From Promethearchaeota archaeon (lineage in GTDB: Archaea; Asgardarchaeota; Lokiarchaeia; Sigyniarchaeales; SOKP01), in the NCBI GenBank assembly GCA_048940925.1, contig JBHLOC010000003.1, forward strand, positions 1 to 64,000: a DNA stretch of 64,000 bases. The letters are read 5' to 3'. Under the pieces are notes generated by a model. That model ran no database searches. It worked only from the letters and a program-made list of their open reading frames with translations, and was not told the origin of the DNA. Below are positions 10,500-20,422 of the stretch, piece by piece. Within the stretch, counting starts at the first letter, position 1; the number at the start of each line of letters is the position of its first letter. Position numbers and translations under genes: made by a program.

Positions 10500-12194
10500 T
10501 TATTTTATAAATGATACTGTCTTAGAAACATAATCTAAATATCTTTGGATTTCGTTATTTCTTTTGTCTTCACTCCAAGAATATTCTTTTGCCAATATAT
10601 CTGCTACATTTTTGGCAGCTATATTTGCTTTTTTATGACTTATCCAAAGTGACATTTCAGTTCTTCGACAAAACATATCAATTAAATGCGGAGTCATTTC
10701 ATAACGTAAACAATAAAGTATTTCTGCTTGGATAAAATTATTTTCATCTAAAAGTCTCTTTTTAAGGATCTCATCCTCCTTTATAATTTCAAGGATCTTT
10801 ATTGCGCCCCTACCGTATTGTTGATACAAATGATCTGCAATATCCTTATCTAAACTTATACCACTTTTATTTAATGCTGAAAGCCATTCTTCTTTTTCAA
10901 GTCCTATTACAAAATTTTGTCTTGAAAAATGTTTCTCTCTTTTAATATCAGGGAAAATTTTCTTCTCTTCTATTTTATTAAACAAATCTTCAGCCATAGC
11001 TCTCCATTCTGTTAACTTTCCCCCTGTGATGGTTAAGAGCCCATCCTCAGAGAAAAATATTGTATGAGTTCGAGACACATCACTTTCAGATTTACCTTTT
11101 TGCATTACTAATGGTCTGATCCCCGCATAAGTAGAAAGTATATTATCATAATCTAATTTTGAATGTGGGAAGAAGTATTTAGTAGACTTAATTAAATAAT
11201 CAGCATCTTCTTTCGTGCAGAATGGATTAGCTAAATCACCGTGATAATCAGTATCAGTAGTTCCAATAATAGTATAATCTCTATCACGAGGTAGAACAAA
11301 AAAGATCCGGCTATCTATTATGGAATACAATGCATTGGCCATTCTGTTATTAATAGATTCCCGTCTATATTGTAAATGAACACCTTTAGTGGGGCGAATT
11401 AATGGTTTGGGAATATCTTCAGGATATTGGTCCAATAATTTATCTGTCCAAATTCCTGTCGCATTTACAACCAATGTTCCGTTAATTTCAAAATCGCTAT
11501 CATTTTCAAGATCTTTACACATAACACCTTTAATATTCCCTTCATTTTTGATATACCCAATAGCTTTACAATAATTGATAGCATCAGCATTTCTTATTAC
11601 CGCTTCTTTTAATATTTCAATTGTTAGCCTAGCGTCATCGATATTGGTATCATAATATACAGCACCTCCTAAATTTCCTTCTCTCAATATTTCAGGTTCC
11701 ATTTTGAAAATTTCTTCGGGGGTATACCATTTATATTTTTTATAATTTTTGAATTCTGATTTATCATCGCTTAAAAAATCATAAATTTTAACTGCTGATT
11801 CTAATTCTCTCTTCTTATACTTCCCTCCTTCAAAATAAGGTAAACAGAATGGAATAGGTCTAATTAAGTGGGGAATATGATGTCTCATCCAATTTCTTTC
11901 TCTTGTAGCTTCCCTAACTAAATCCATTTCTCCATAAGTTAGATATCTTAAGCCACCATGAGCCATTTTCGAACTCCGTGAGGAAGTTCCGGCTGCAAAA
12001 TCTTGCATATCAACAATAGCAACTTTTAAACCTCTCATAGCGGCCTCCCGTGCTATACCTGCTCCAGTTATTCCCGCTCCTATTATAATCGTGTCGTAAT
12101 AAGTCTTTTTTAGCCTTTCTATTATAATATTACGATTCTTATAAGTCCATGTTTGATCAAACAATTTTTCGACTAAGTCTGACATTTCAATCAA
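10500..12194 (-). CDS. glpD: FAD-dependent glycerol-3-phosphate dehydrogenase/oxidase (GlpD/GlpA family)
   Basis: IIGAGITG, DFAAGTSSRSSKMAHGGLRYL, DDARL, GTTD, YAGIRPL, GGKLT. Confidence 0.92.
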   Translation of the reverse strand: MIEMSDLVEKLFDQTWTYKNRNIIIERLKKTYYDTIIIGAGITGAGIAREAAMRGLKVAIVDMQDFAAGTSSRSSKMAHGGLRYLTYGEMDLVREATRERNWMRHHIPHLIRPIPFCLPYFEGGKYKKRELESAVKIYDFLSDDKSEFKNYKKYKWYTPEEIFKMEPEILREGNLGGAVYYDTNIDDARLTIEILKEAVIRNADAINYCKAIGYIKNEGNIKGVMCKDLENDSDFEINGTLVVNATGIWTDKLLDQYPEDIPKPLIRPTKGVHLQYRRESINNRMANALYSIIDSRIFFVLPRDRDYTIIGTTDTDYHGDLANPFCTKEDADYLIKSTKYFFPHSKLDYDNILSTYAGIRPLVMQKGKSESDVSRTHTIFFSEDGLLTITGGKLTEWRAMAEDLFNKIEEKKIFPDIKREKHFSRQNFVIGLEKEEWLSALNKSGISLDKDIADHLYQQYGRGAIKILEIIKEDEILKKRLLDENNFIQAEILYCLRYEMTPHLIDMFCRRTEMSLWISHKKANIAAKNVADILAKEYSWSEDKRNNEIQRYLDYVSKTVSFIK

Positions 12195-12420
12195 ATTTTG
12201 AAGTTAATAATTTGTAATTAAGGTTACTTAGAATTAATAAATTTTAAAAAATAAAAAGACAATTTAGCTCACCAATAATTCTTTTTATAAAGTAATGAGA
12301 TGTTATTTTTGTAATAACGAAATTTAGCAGTTATCGGTAACTTTATAATAAAGTTCTTTTATTACAATAAAAGTTATATAAACCATTTGTTCTACTATCG
12401 ATTGAAAGTTGATATAACCT

Positions 12421-12792
12421 ATGAAAGAAAAGTGTGTTCTTATCGTAGACGATGCCCGATTTGTAAGAAATAAGCTTAAAGAGATTATTGAGAAAATTCC
12501 TTTTGTTAAAGTAGTAGGAGAAGCTTCAAATGGGGAGGAAGCAGTATCTTTATATAAAAACTTAAAACCTGATTTAGTAACAATGGATTTAGTTATGCCT
12601 AATATAGATGGAATCAAAGCAATTGAAGAAATAATTAATTATGACGAAAAAGCAAATATTCTAGTTGTTAGTGCGATGGGTCAAGAAATGAGTATACTTG
12701 AAGCAACTGAGAAAGGTGCAAAAGATTTTATCAAAAAACCTTTTAAAGATGATCAAGTTTCTAAGATAATAGAACGATTATTAAAAAATTAG
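12421..12792 (+). CDS. Stand-alone CheY-like response regulator
   Basis: VDD, phosphoacceptor MDLVMP, SA, KPF. Confidence 0.9.
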   Translation: MKEKCVLIVDDARFVRNKLKEIIEKIPFVKVVGEASNGEEAVSLYKNLKPDLVTMDLVMPNIDGIKAIEEIINYDEKANILVVSAMGQEMSILEATEKGAKDFIKKPFKDDQVSKIIERLLKN

Positions 12793-12880
12793 ATATTTAT
12801 TCCCTAGAGTTTTTTTATAAATTCTGCAAGTTCTTTAATTTTGAAAAAATAGTTAAGTATTTCCTCATTATATAAGTAAA

Positions 12881-13852
12881 TTATATCTCCAAAAGTCTTT
12901 GTAAAATTAATGGCATAGAATATACATCAAAATAATTATGCTCGATACATTCTTTTATTAATCCAATATATCTTTTGGGATTTTTTTGATATTTTTTATA
13001 ACACAGAGGCACCATACTACTTGGAAGCTCATTTTTTCTTTTCCAATTTAATAAGTGTTCTTCCATATGTGTAAGAGTATACCTCTCAAACATTCCTCGA
13101 AATTTTCTACGGCAAATATGATAAAGATCTATATGATGAAATTTTGTGTTGTGAATTTCATAAGGGATATCCTCTTCAGAAATCATAGGATTTTCATCAA
13201 AATAATATAAAAATCGGTTTGCAATATAAGGAATATCAAATCGTTTCCCATTAAATGAAACAAAACATTTGAAATAAGGTAGAATTTCATTTTTAAAATG
13301 TTCACATATTGCAATTTCCTCTTTTAAATCTCGAGCAAAAAAAAGGTGGATTTTATATTGATGATTCTTAAAGAATCCAATCCCTAAGATTATTATTGCA
13401 TTATTAAACATTCCTAGGGTTTCAATATCTAAAAAAAGTAAATCTTCAGTATTGAAACAAAAACTAACATCCAGATCGTCAATATATCTGTTTTTCTTAA
13501 GGGTTTTAAATTGCTTTTTTTCTATTAATTTTAGAATATCATTAGCCGAATCTCTAAATCTTAAATTTAAAAATTTCAAATCTTTTAACGTTTTTATACC
13601 TCTCCCTTTTAATCTCTTCTCATTAAAGTCTCCAATATAATGAACGATCTTCAGATTATGTAGTAGCTTTTTTTTTGTTATAAAAAGATCAAGTTCACAG
13701 GGAAAATTATCTTCTTCCCAGATTATTTCTATGAATTCACCTTGATAATTTTTTATAACTTGATGGTTTTGGAATAATTCTTCCAATTTTTTACCTCTAT
13801 ACTGCTCAACCAAGCTAGTAATATCAAAGTCTTGAGTGTTGAAGAGAACCAT
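12881..13852 (-). CDS. RNase H-like (YprB-type) exonuclease domain protein
   Basis: LFLDIETLG, SFNGKRFDIP, HIDLYH, HN..D. Confidence 0.85.
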   Translation of the reverse strand: MVLFNTQDFDITSLVEQYRGKKLEELFQNHQVIKNYQGEFIEIIWEEDNFPCELDLFITKKKLLHNLKIVHYIGDFNEKRLKGRGIKTLKDLKFLNLRFRDSANDILKLIEKKQFKTLKKNRYIDDLDVSFCFNTEDLLFLDIETLGMFNNAIIILGIGFFKNHQYKIHLFFARDLKEEIAICEHFKNEILPYFKCFVSFNGKRFDIPYIANRFLYYFDENPMISEEDIPYEIHNTKFHHIDLYHICRRKFRGMFERYTLTHMEEHLLNWKRKNELPSSMVPLCYKKYQKNPKRYIGLIKECIEHNYFDVYSMPLILQRLLEI

Positions 13853-13975
13853 TATGTATTATAATTAGGTCTATTTATTTAATATCCTATTCTCTTAAGA
13901 TTTATAATAACACTAATAATAATCTTATTAAGCATTAGTAATATATAACGATTATATTTGAAACGGTGTAATTAA

Positions 13976-15310
13976 TTAATAATCAATTCTAGGAACGATA
14001 TCCTCTGATTCTCTTCTTGCTGCTTTATACTTGAAAAATCTTCTTGATTCACTATCTTCTAATACATAATTTGATCCCCCCCCATGGAGCATACAATAAG
14101 GATCTAATAGACCTATTTCATTTGCATATTGTCGTGTGAATCCACGTCCACCTAAAGTCCTGAAACAATGAATAGCACTTTCAAAACCTAATTCTGTAGA
14201 GCTAATTTTTAACCCCATAGCATTAGCGGCCATTAGTTTTGAGTTTGCTAATTCAGGATGTTCATCCATTTGTCTTGCATATTGAATTAGGGCTGAAAAC
14301 ATCAAATTCAATTCACGAATCTTTTGAGAAATAGGAAAGCGTATCACTTGATATTGGTGTAGTCTTTTTTCGAATTGCATTCGTTGCAGAGCATATGCAT
14401 GGGAATATAATAACTTTTTCATAGTATCTCCAAGTGCTTCTGCACTAATAACTAACCTTTCCTCAGTTAATTGGTGAAAAGCAATATCAACTCCATGACC
14501 ATGAAGCATATTTTCTTTAGGTATTTCTACTCTATCAAAACTCAAACGACTTACAAAAGCATCTGTCATACCATATGTGCTCACTCTTGTACTCCTAAAA
14601 TTCTTTAGCTGTTGATGTTCAGTATCAACTACAACAGCGCCTAATTGCCCATTATCTAATCGCCCATATAAAATAATAAAATCAGCAATCATTCCATTTG
14701 TAATGAATAATTTCTTACCTTTTGCTATTAAATTATTATCTCGTTCATATAATCTAAGTTCCATACTCAAAATATCGGACCCTGCATTAAATTCTGTCAT
14801 TGCTGAAGCCCCAATTTGTCCATCTCTAGCAACAGGTATTAAGAATTTTTCTTTTTGCGAATTATCCGATGCGTAATTAACTGGATTGCAATAAAGTGTA
14901 CCCCCAGCTAATCTCCCCATCTCAATACTATAATTTCCAGCTATATACCTTTCACTATATTCACTCCATCGCCCTCCACACATAGCATAAGCAATAAGAG
15001 CATTTCTTGCAATTCGACCAATTTCATACTCCTCTGTATTAAGAATGGTTGAGTAATATCCCTTATCTGATAATTTTTTCATTATTCCAATAACTATATC
15101 TTTCTTCTTATCTTGGGTTGGTTCCTCAACATAGTAATTTAAATCTTCTAATTTCCTTAACTCAGGATCAAGTTCTTTCTCCATAAAATCATATAAATCA
15201 GCTAAGAATTCTTTTTCTTTGGCATTAAGAACTGGATTGCTTAATAAATCTAATTCTGGAACATAACGCTGGATTCGAATGGGATCAAACTCAGAAATTC
15301 TAGTATCCAT
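13976..15310 (-). CDS. Acyl-CoA dehydrogenase
   Basis: AMTEFNAGSD, GKKLFITNG, RMQF, LGGRGF. Confidence 0.9.
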   Translation of the reverse strand: MDTRISEFDPIRIQRYVPELDLLSNPVLNAKEKEFLADLYDFMEKELDPELRKLEDLNYYVEEPTQDKKKDIVIGIMKKLSDKGYYSTILNTEEYEIGRIARNALIAYAMCGGRWSEYSERYIAGNYSIEMGRLAGGTLYCNPVNYASDNSQKEKFLIPVARDGQIGASAMTEFNAGSDILSMELRLYERDNNLIAKGKKLFITNGMIADFIILYGRLDNGQLGAVVVDTEHQQLKNFRSTRVSTYGMTDAFVSRLSFDRVEIPKENMLHGHGVDIAFHQLTEERLVISAEALGDTMKKLLYSHAYALQRMQFEKRLHQYQVIRFPISQKIRELNLMFSALIQYARQMDEHPELANSKLMAANAMGLKISSTELGFESAIHCFRTLGGRGFTRQYANEIGLLDPYCMLHGGGSNYVLEDSESRRFFKYKAARRESEDIVPRIDY

Positions 15311-15617
15311 TTTATTTCATCATACTCTTTTTAAATAATAATAAGAAATTTTTACAATATTATTTAAATTTGAATTAAAAATAAAGCTTTACTTTCGATA
15401 TAAAATCATTTAGTTTAACCAAATAATAAGTAAAAGCCGCTCAAGACATCCTTTTCAATCTCTGTATTTAAAATAGGATTTTTTTCCCACTTACATTTCA
15501 TCAATTTTAATTAGTAATGTTTTAATCAAAATAAAACATAAGATTAACATATCAAATTTAGTAGAAAACTAAATTCTAAATACAAATTAATATAAATTTC
15601 TAAAATGTGAAATCAGT

Positions 15618-17039
15618 ATGATTAAATTTAGTGATAAACAATTAAAAATCCCCAAACTCATGCGACCAGTGTATTTAGTAACCGTGGGAATGTCAAAGTT
15701 TGATCGAGCATTTCCTGAAACTCGAACGGAAGAATTATGTATTGAAGCATTAACAGCTGCAGCAGATTTCGTCAAAATGACCCCTACTGAGTTAAAACAA
15801 TATATTCACACTTGTTATTATGGTCATTTTGCTGATCACTTTGGAGATCAATTACTTGGCGAAGCTGTAATTCATGATAGATTGGGTCTAGATCCACTTG
15901 GAAATATCGGTATAAAGACGGGTGGTGCTACAGGTGGCTCTGCTATGTGGGAGGCCGTAAAAGCTGTCGCTTCTGGATATAGCGATTGTGCTCTTGCGCT
16001 TGGATGGGAGAGAATGGATGAAGTGCCTACAGATGAGGGTAATCACCTCATTTCTTGTGCTGCAGATAAAGATTGGGAAACACCACTTGGTCATATGTAT
16101 ACAGGTTATTATGCTGTAATGGCTCAGAGATACTGGAAAATTTTTGGTAAAGAAGAAGATTCATTTAGGAAAACTATGGCAGAAGTAGCAGTTAAAAATC
16201 GAGGGTATGCTAGAATGAACCCTTATGCCCACGGACCGATGAAGATAACTGTAGATGATGTAATCAACTCTCCCGTAGTTGCATATCCACTTCGTGCTTT
16301 AGATTGTTGTTTGATGAGCGTGGGATCAGCCTGTGGAATAGTTTGTGATGAAAAAACAGCTTATGAAATTACAAATAAACCTCTTAGGATTTATATTGCA
16401 GCAGGAAGTCATACTTTAAGAGTGGCCGATCGTCGTGATATGAAGATACCTTTATTACCTAATGAATCAAAAAATCAATATGATGATCTAGGGAAAAAAT
16501 TCCCGGGCGGAGATCGTTATCCTGGATTTACAAGCTTTTTAGCTGCAAGAATGGCTGCTTATTATGCATATCATATGTCTGGTGTTGTTAATCCCAGTGA
16601 AGATCTTGATTTAGTTGAACTTCATGATGCGTTTACTATTAGTGATATTCAAACATATGAAGACATCGGAATAAGACCTTATGGGGAAGGGAGAAATTAT
16701 ATTGAAAGTGGAGACGCATATGTAACTAATCCAAATACTAAAAAACCAGGAAAATTACCTAGCAATCCATGTGGAGGATTAATAGGGTGTATGCATGCTG
16801 TAGGAGCAACCGGACTTATGCAGATTGCTGAAATTGGATATCATATTTGGAACCGATGGGATGAGATCCATGAGCCTGAGGAGAAATGGAAAGCATTTGG
16901 AAGAGAGAAACCAAAAGATTGGCAAAGCTTACAAGTTAAAGGAGCAAAAAGAGGATTGGCGATTAGCCATGCAGGAGTAGGTTCTCATGTTACTTGTACA
17001 ATATTAATGGATCCCAATCAATTATTAAAGGAGGATTAA
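15618..17039 (+). CDS. Thiolase-family (SCP-x/Ltp-like) protein
   Basis: VAVKNR, PLRALDCC, VELHDAF, NPCGGL, HAVGATG. Confidence 0.88.
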   Translation: MIKFSDKQLKIPKLMRPVYLVTVGMSKFDRAFPETRTEELCIEALTAAADFVKMTPTELKQYIHTCYYGHFADHFGDQLLGEAVIHDRLGLDPLGNIGIKTGGATGGSAMWEAVKAVASGYSDCALALGWERMDEVPTDEGNHLISCAADKDWETPLGHMYTGYYAVMAQRYWKIFGKEEDSFRKTMAEVAVKNRGYARMNPYAHGPMKITVDDVINSPVVAYPLRALDCCLMSVGSACGIVCDEKTAYEITNKPLRIYIAAGSHTLRVADRRDMKIPLLPNESKNQYDDLGKKFPGGDRYPGFTSFLAARMAAYYAYHMSGVVNPSEDLDLVELHDAFTISDIQTYEDIGIRPYGEGRNYIESGDAYVTNPNTKKPGKLPSNPCGGLIGCMHAVGATGLMQIAEIGYHIWNRWDEIHEPEEKWKAFGREKPKDWQSLQVKGAKRGLAISHAGVGSHVTCTILMDPNQLLKED

Positions 17040-17041
17040 AA

Positions 17042-17644
17042 ATGGTAAAAAAAGATGATGAAAAAGGTTATGTTGATATAATTAATGGCAGATATAAACC
17101 AAGAGGTAAATTTCATATTATAGAAGAGAATCAGCCAATTTTCAATAAAGATACAGGGAAATTAGCAGGAGTGACTAATCCTAGAGATATGACCTATATT
17201 CACTCTTATGGCGGGGAAGCAATATTTTTTAATTCTCTGGGGAAAGGTATACTTATGGCTTCTAGATGTGATAACGACAACTGTGTTGCAAAAGGTTCTA
17301 TTTTTGAACCTTTTAGAATTTTTTGTCCTGATTGTTTAAGAAGAGCTACTCCAATTGATATAACAGAGAAAGCTCGAAAAACTGCAAAAATCCATTCTTT
17401 TATTGTGACTCATCGATCTGGGGCATTTAATACACTTCCCAAACCAATTAAATTTATTAATGTCGAATTTGATGAAGAAGTAGTCACAATTCTTATGAGT
17501 ATTCTAGCAGTCGGAGAACCAGAAATTGGGAAAAAAATAATTCCAATTTTTCGAACAAAGAGTCCAACTTACACGATTATGGATCTGAGGTTTGTTTTAG
17601 AAGGAACAAAGGAATTAGAATTACCTGAAGGATTTACTTTTTAA
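17042..17644 (+). CDS. DUF35 Zn-ribbon/OB-fold acyl-CoA-binding protein
   Basis: SYGG, C..C and CPDC; start placed at ATG 17042 after GGAGG rather than TTG 16994. Confidence 0.8.
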   Translation: MVKKDDEKGYVDIINGRYKPRGKFHIIEENQPIFNKDTGKLAGVTNPRDMTYIHSYGGEAIFFNSLGKGILMASRCDNDNCVAKGSIFEPFRIFCPDCLRRATPIDITEKARKTAKIHSFIVTHRSGAFNTLPKPIKFINVEFDEEVVTILMSILAVGEPEIGKKIIPIFRTKSPTYTIMDLRFVLEGTKELELPEGFTF

Positions 17645-17680
17645 TTCTGAAATTTTTTTTTTATTCAATTTTATTTTTTT

Positions 17681-18769
17681 TTAGTTAAAGAATAACTTGA
17701 ACTTTTTACAGAGTTCAGGGTCTAAATTATTACAGGTTTCGATAAATTGGTTAATTGTACCTAGATGATATCTAATGAATTCAAACTTAGAATTAATTCC
17801 TTTTGATAATTTGCTGATAACTTTCTGTATTGGAATTATCAATTGGGGTCGTTGATAGAATTGAATCGCTTTTATTTCAATATTAGAGATTAATCCTAAT
17901 TCAATATGCTTTCTAACAAGTTGTAAGTAAGCTTCGATTAGTAATTTCTCCCGTTGTTGCCATTTATTTTCTTTTAATATTTTTAATAAAATAGGTTGCA
18001 ATGTTCTTGCAATTGGTAATTGACCAAAAACAATAGCGAACCACTTCTCATAAGGGATATATTTTTTCTCAAGCATAAATGCCATTTGCATAATATACCT
18101 TACTAAGCGAGAGGCTTCGATTCTTGAACCTAAGTCATCACCTCTTCCGCCAGTTCGTCCTACAAATGCTATTTCTTGAGCAATACGGTTCCATTGTGTA
18201 ATTATTCTTAATTTCCAAATTGAATCTGGATAATATTTTAAAGCTTCTCTAGCATGAGTTAATTCTCCGCAACTATCAAAAAAAATCTTTCCTGATGTAA
18301 ATTCCAATAACAACTGTTCAGGAATTGTGAACCAATCAATTTCATTAATTTTCCAGAACTCAAGTGCAAGATATTGTTTTAAATAACGTTGAACTGTATA
18401 AACTTCAATTCGATGATTGACAGGGCTACGTTTTTTTGGTTTAAGAAATTGATTCATGTTATTATTCGGATCTGGCTCACTCCAGTTTGTAGAATATCCA
18501 TGAAATGTTAAAGGTAAGCTTTTGCTCAAGAATTCTTTTATCGGCTTTTCATATTTAGTATAATCTATTTCTTTTAAAAACAGTTGTAATCTCGGTCCCC
18601 AATGATGATCTGTAGACATTTCATCATCTAAACCAATAACTTCAGATCCTCTACCGATTAAAGCGACTGCGTACTCTAAATCAGGATATTGTTTTTCTAA
18701 AAGTTCTTTTAAAATATCTGTATAAAACAGTTCAGATAATTTTAAACCGGGGATAAAATGAACTGTGAT
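17681..18769 (-). CDS. DUF4037-family nucleotidyltransferase-like protein; probable non-AUG start
   Basis: Frame stays open 50 codons upstream of the track start, encoding FIPGLKLSELFY...ALIGRGSEVIGLDD before MSTDHHWGPR; PYEKW motif. Confidence 0.75.
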   Translation of the reverse strand: MTVHFIPGLKLSELFYTDILKELLEKQYPDLEYAVALIGRGSEVIGLDDEMSTDHHWGPRLQLFLKEIDYTKYEKPIKEFLSKSLPLTFHGYSTNWSEPDPNNNMNQFLKPKKRSPVNHRIEVYTVQRYLKQYLALEFWKINEIDWFTIPEQLLLEFTSGKIFFDSCGELTHAREALKYYPDSIWKLRIITQWNRIAQEIAFVGRTGGRGDDLGSRIEASRLVRYIMQMAFMLEKKYIPYEKWFAIVFGQLPIARTLQPILLKILKENKWQQREKLLIEAYLQLVRKHIELGLISNIEIKAIQFYQRPQLIIPIQKVISKLSKGINSKFEFIRYHLGTINQFIETCNNLDPELCKKFKLFFN

Positions 18770-18845
18770 TTTAATACACCATTTTTGTTAAAATAAAAAA
18801 ATAATAAAGAAAATAAGGATAAGTTAAACTTTAAATTTTGTTAAC

Positions 18846-19721
18846 TTATTGTAGCAAATTAAAGATTTTGCGAGTTTCATCTGGATTTGCTACTTCTCTT
18901 CCTGCCAGTTTTGCTACTTTTGCAGCCCATTCTACTTGTTCCCATGAACCTTTTGCCAATCGCCCAACTGGAACGCGAATATTATCTTCCAAACCAACAC
19001 GAATGTGTCCTTCCATTGCTGCTGCGCATAATCCCGCTCTGAATTGATCTTTAGCTACTCCACATACACTCCAGGAGGAATCAGGAGGAATTAAATTGAG
19101 CAATCCTGCTAAATTTTGGTAAGAAAAAGGAATCCCTCCTAACACACCAAATACAAATTGAAAATGAAGAGGTCGATCAAATAGGTCTTTTTGTTTACTA
19201 AGAAATAAAATATTATATAAACCTCCGAAATCATATACCTCAATCTCAGGTTTAGTTTTGGCTTTTTTCATCTCTATTAAAAGTGTTTGAATGGTTTGAA
19301 AAGTATTTCTAAAAATTCCATCAGCATTTCCAATAATTTCCCCTGTTTTAAAATTACCTATACTATAATTCATTGAGTTAGTATTTAATGATGATATCAA
19401 TGGTTTAAATGTCCTTGTAGGTGCAATTCTTTCCTCAAGTGTCCTACCTAATGAACTAGTTATATTGATTAAAATTTCTGGAGCTTTCTCATGAATATTA
19501 TCTATTATCGCTCTTATTTTGTCTAAATTAGCTGTAGGATATCCTTTTTCAGGATCTCTTGCATGAATATGTACTACTGATGCTCCCGCTTCATAAGACT
19601 TTTTTGCTTCATCTCCAAATTCTTCAGGAGTATAAGGAATAGCAGGATTTTGATTTTTCATTGTCCAAGATCCAGCAAGAGCGGCAGAAATTACTAATTT
19701 ATTTGATAAATCTTTGGACAT
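18846..19721 (-). CDS. Beta-keto acid cleavage enzyme (BKACE/DUF849, Kce-like)
   Basis: NPAIPYTPEE, HIHARD, PEIEVYD, HIRVGLEDN. Confidence 0.92.
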   Translation of the reverse strand: MSKDLSNKLVISAALAGSWTMKNQNPAIPYTPEEFGDEAKKSYEAGASVVHIHARDPEKGYPTANLDKIRAIIDNIHEKAPEILINITSSLGRTLEERIAPTRTFKPLISSLNTNSMNYSIGNFKTGEIIGNADGIFRNTFQTIQTLLIEMKKAKTKPEIEVYDFGGLYNILFLSKQKDLFDRPLHFQFVFGVLGGIPFSYQNLAGLLNLIPPDSSWSVCGVAKDQFRAGLCAAAMEGHIRVGLEDNIRVPVGRLAKGSWEQVEWAAKVAKLAGREVANPDETRKIFNLLQ

Positions 19722-19946
19722 TATTCAATCACAGGAACAATAAGTCCTTTAATCGTTTATTTAAGTTTAATAACTTAAAATTTTAAATTTAAAAATAAAA
19801 ATAAATACTAAAATTTAACTGTTTAGAGCTATATCTTTGGAATTACAATAAATTGAAAAAATCCTCATTTATAATATTATTTTAAATCGCATAATTCACA
19901 TAATTAATCATCATTTTATTTTCAATCAAAAAATGGTTTCAAAATT

Positions 19947-20408
19947 ATGGCTGAAAAATTAATAGTTACAAATAAAGGACCTGTAAGAGCAGAATTCTCT
20001 TTTTGGGTGGGACAATACATGGATAAATTTTATGATGCATTAGAGCATAAAAAAATTATCGGTAATAAATGCCCAAAATGTGAAGATGTTTTTGTTCCGC
20101 CTAGAAAAATATGTGGAAAATGTAATGAAAAGATACCATTTGATAATAATTGGGTGGATTTACCAGATACTGGCTCTCTAAAAAACTATACAATAACATA
20201 TTATAAAGTAAATGATAGGTCGAGTCGAAAAGTGAAAAAACCTCAGATTATTGGGATGGTACAAATTGATGGAAGTAGGACTACGATTGTAAACCGATTA
20301 ATAGATATTAGCCCAGAAGAAATTAAGATTGGAATGAATGTTAAAGTACAATGGGAGGCGAAAACTAAAGGAGATCCTTCGGATATTAGGGGTTTCGTGA
20401 AGTTGTAG
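19947..20408 (+). CDS. DUF35 Zn-ribbon/OB-fold protein
   Basis: CPKC..VPPRKICGKC, IGMNV. Confidence 0.88.
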   Translation: MAEKLIVTNKGPVRAEFSFWVGQYMDKFYDALEHKKIIGNKCPKCEDVFVPPRKICGKCNEKIPFDNNWVDLPDTGSLKNYTITYYKVNDRSSRKVKKPQIIGMVQIDGSRTTIVNRLIDISPEEIKIGMNVKVQWEAKTKGDPSDIRGFVKL

Positions 20409-20422
20409 GAGGTGACAATAAA

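Noticed and set aside
16994-17041. TTG start for the DUF35 gene
   Set aside because: Overlaps the thiolase 3' end; ATG 17042 has a GGAGG SD at normal spacing.
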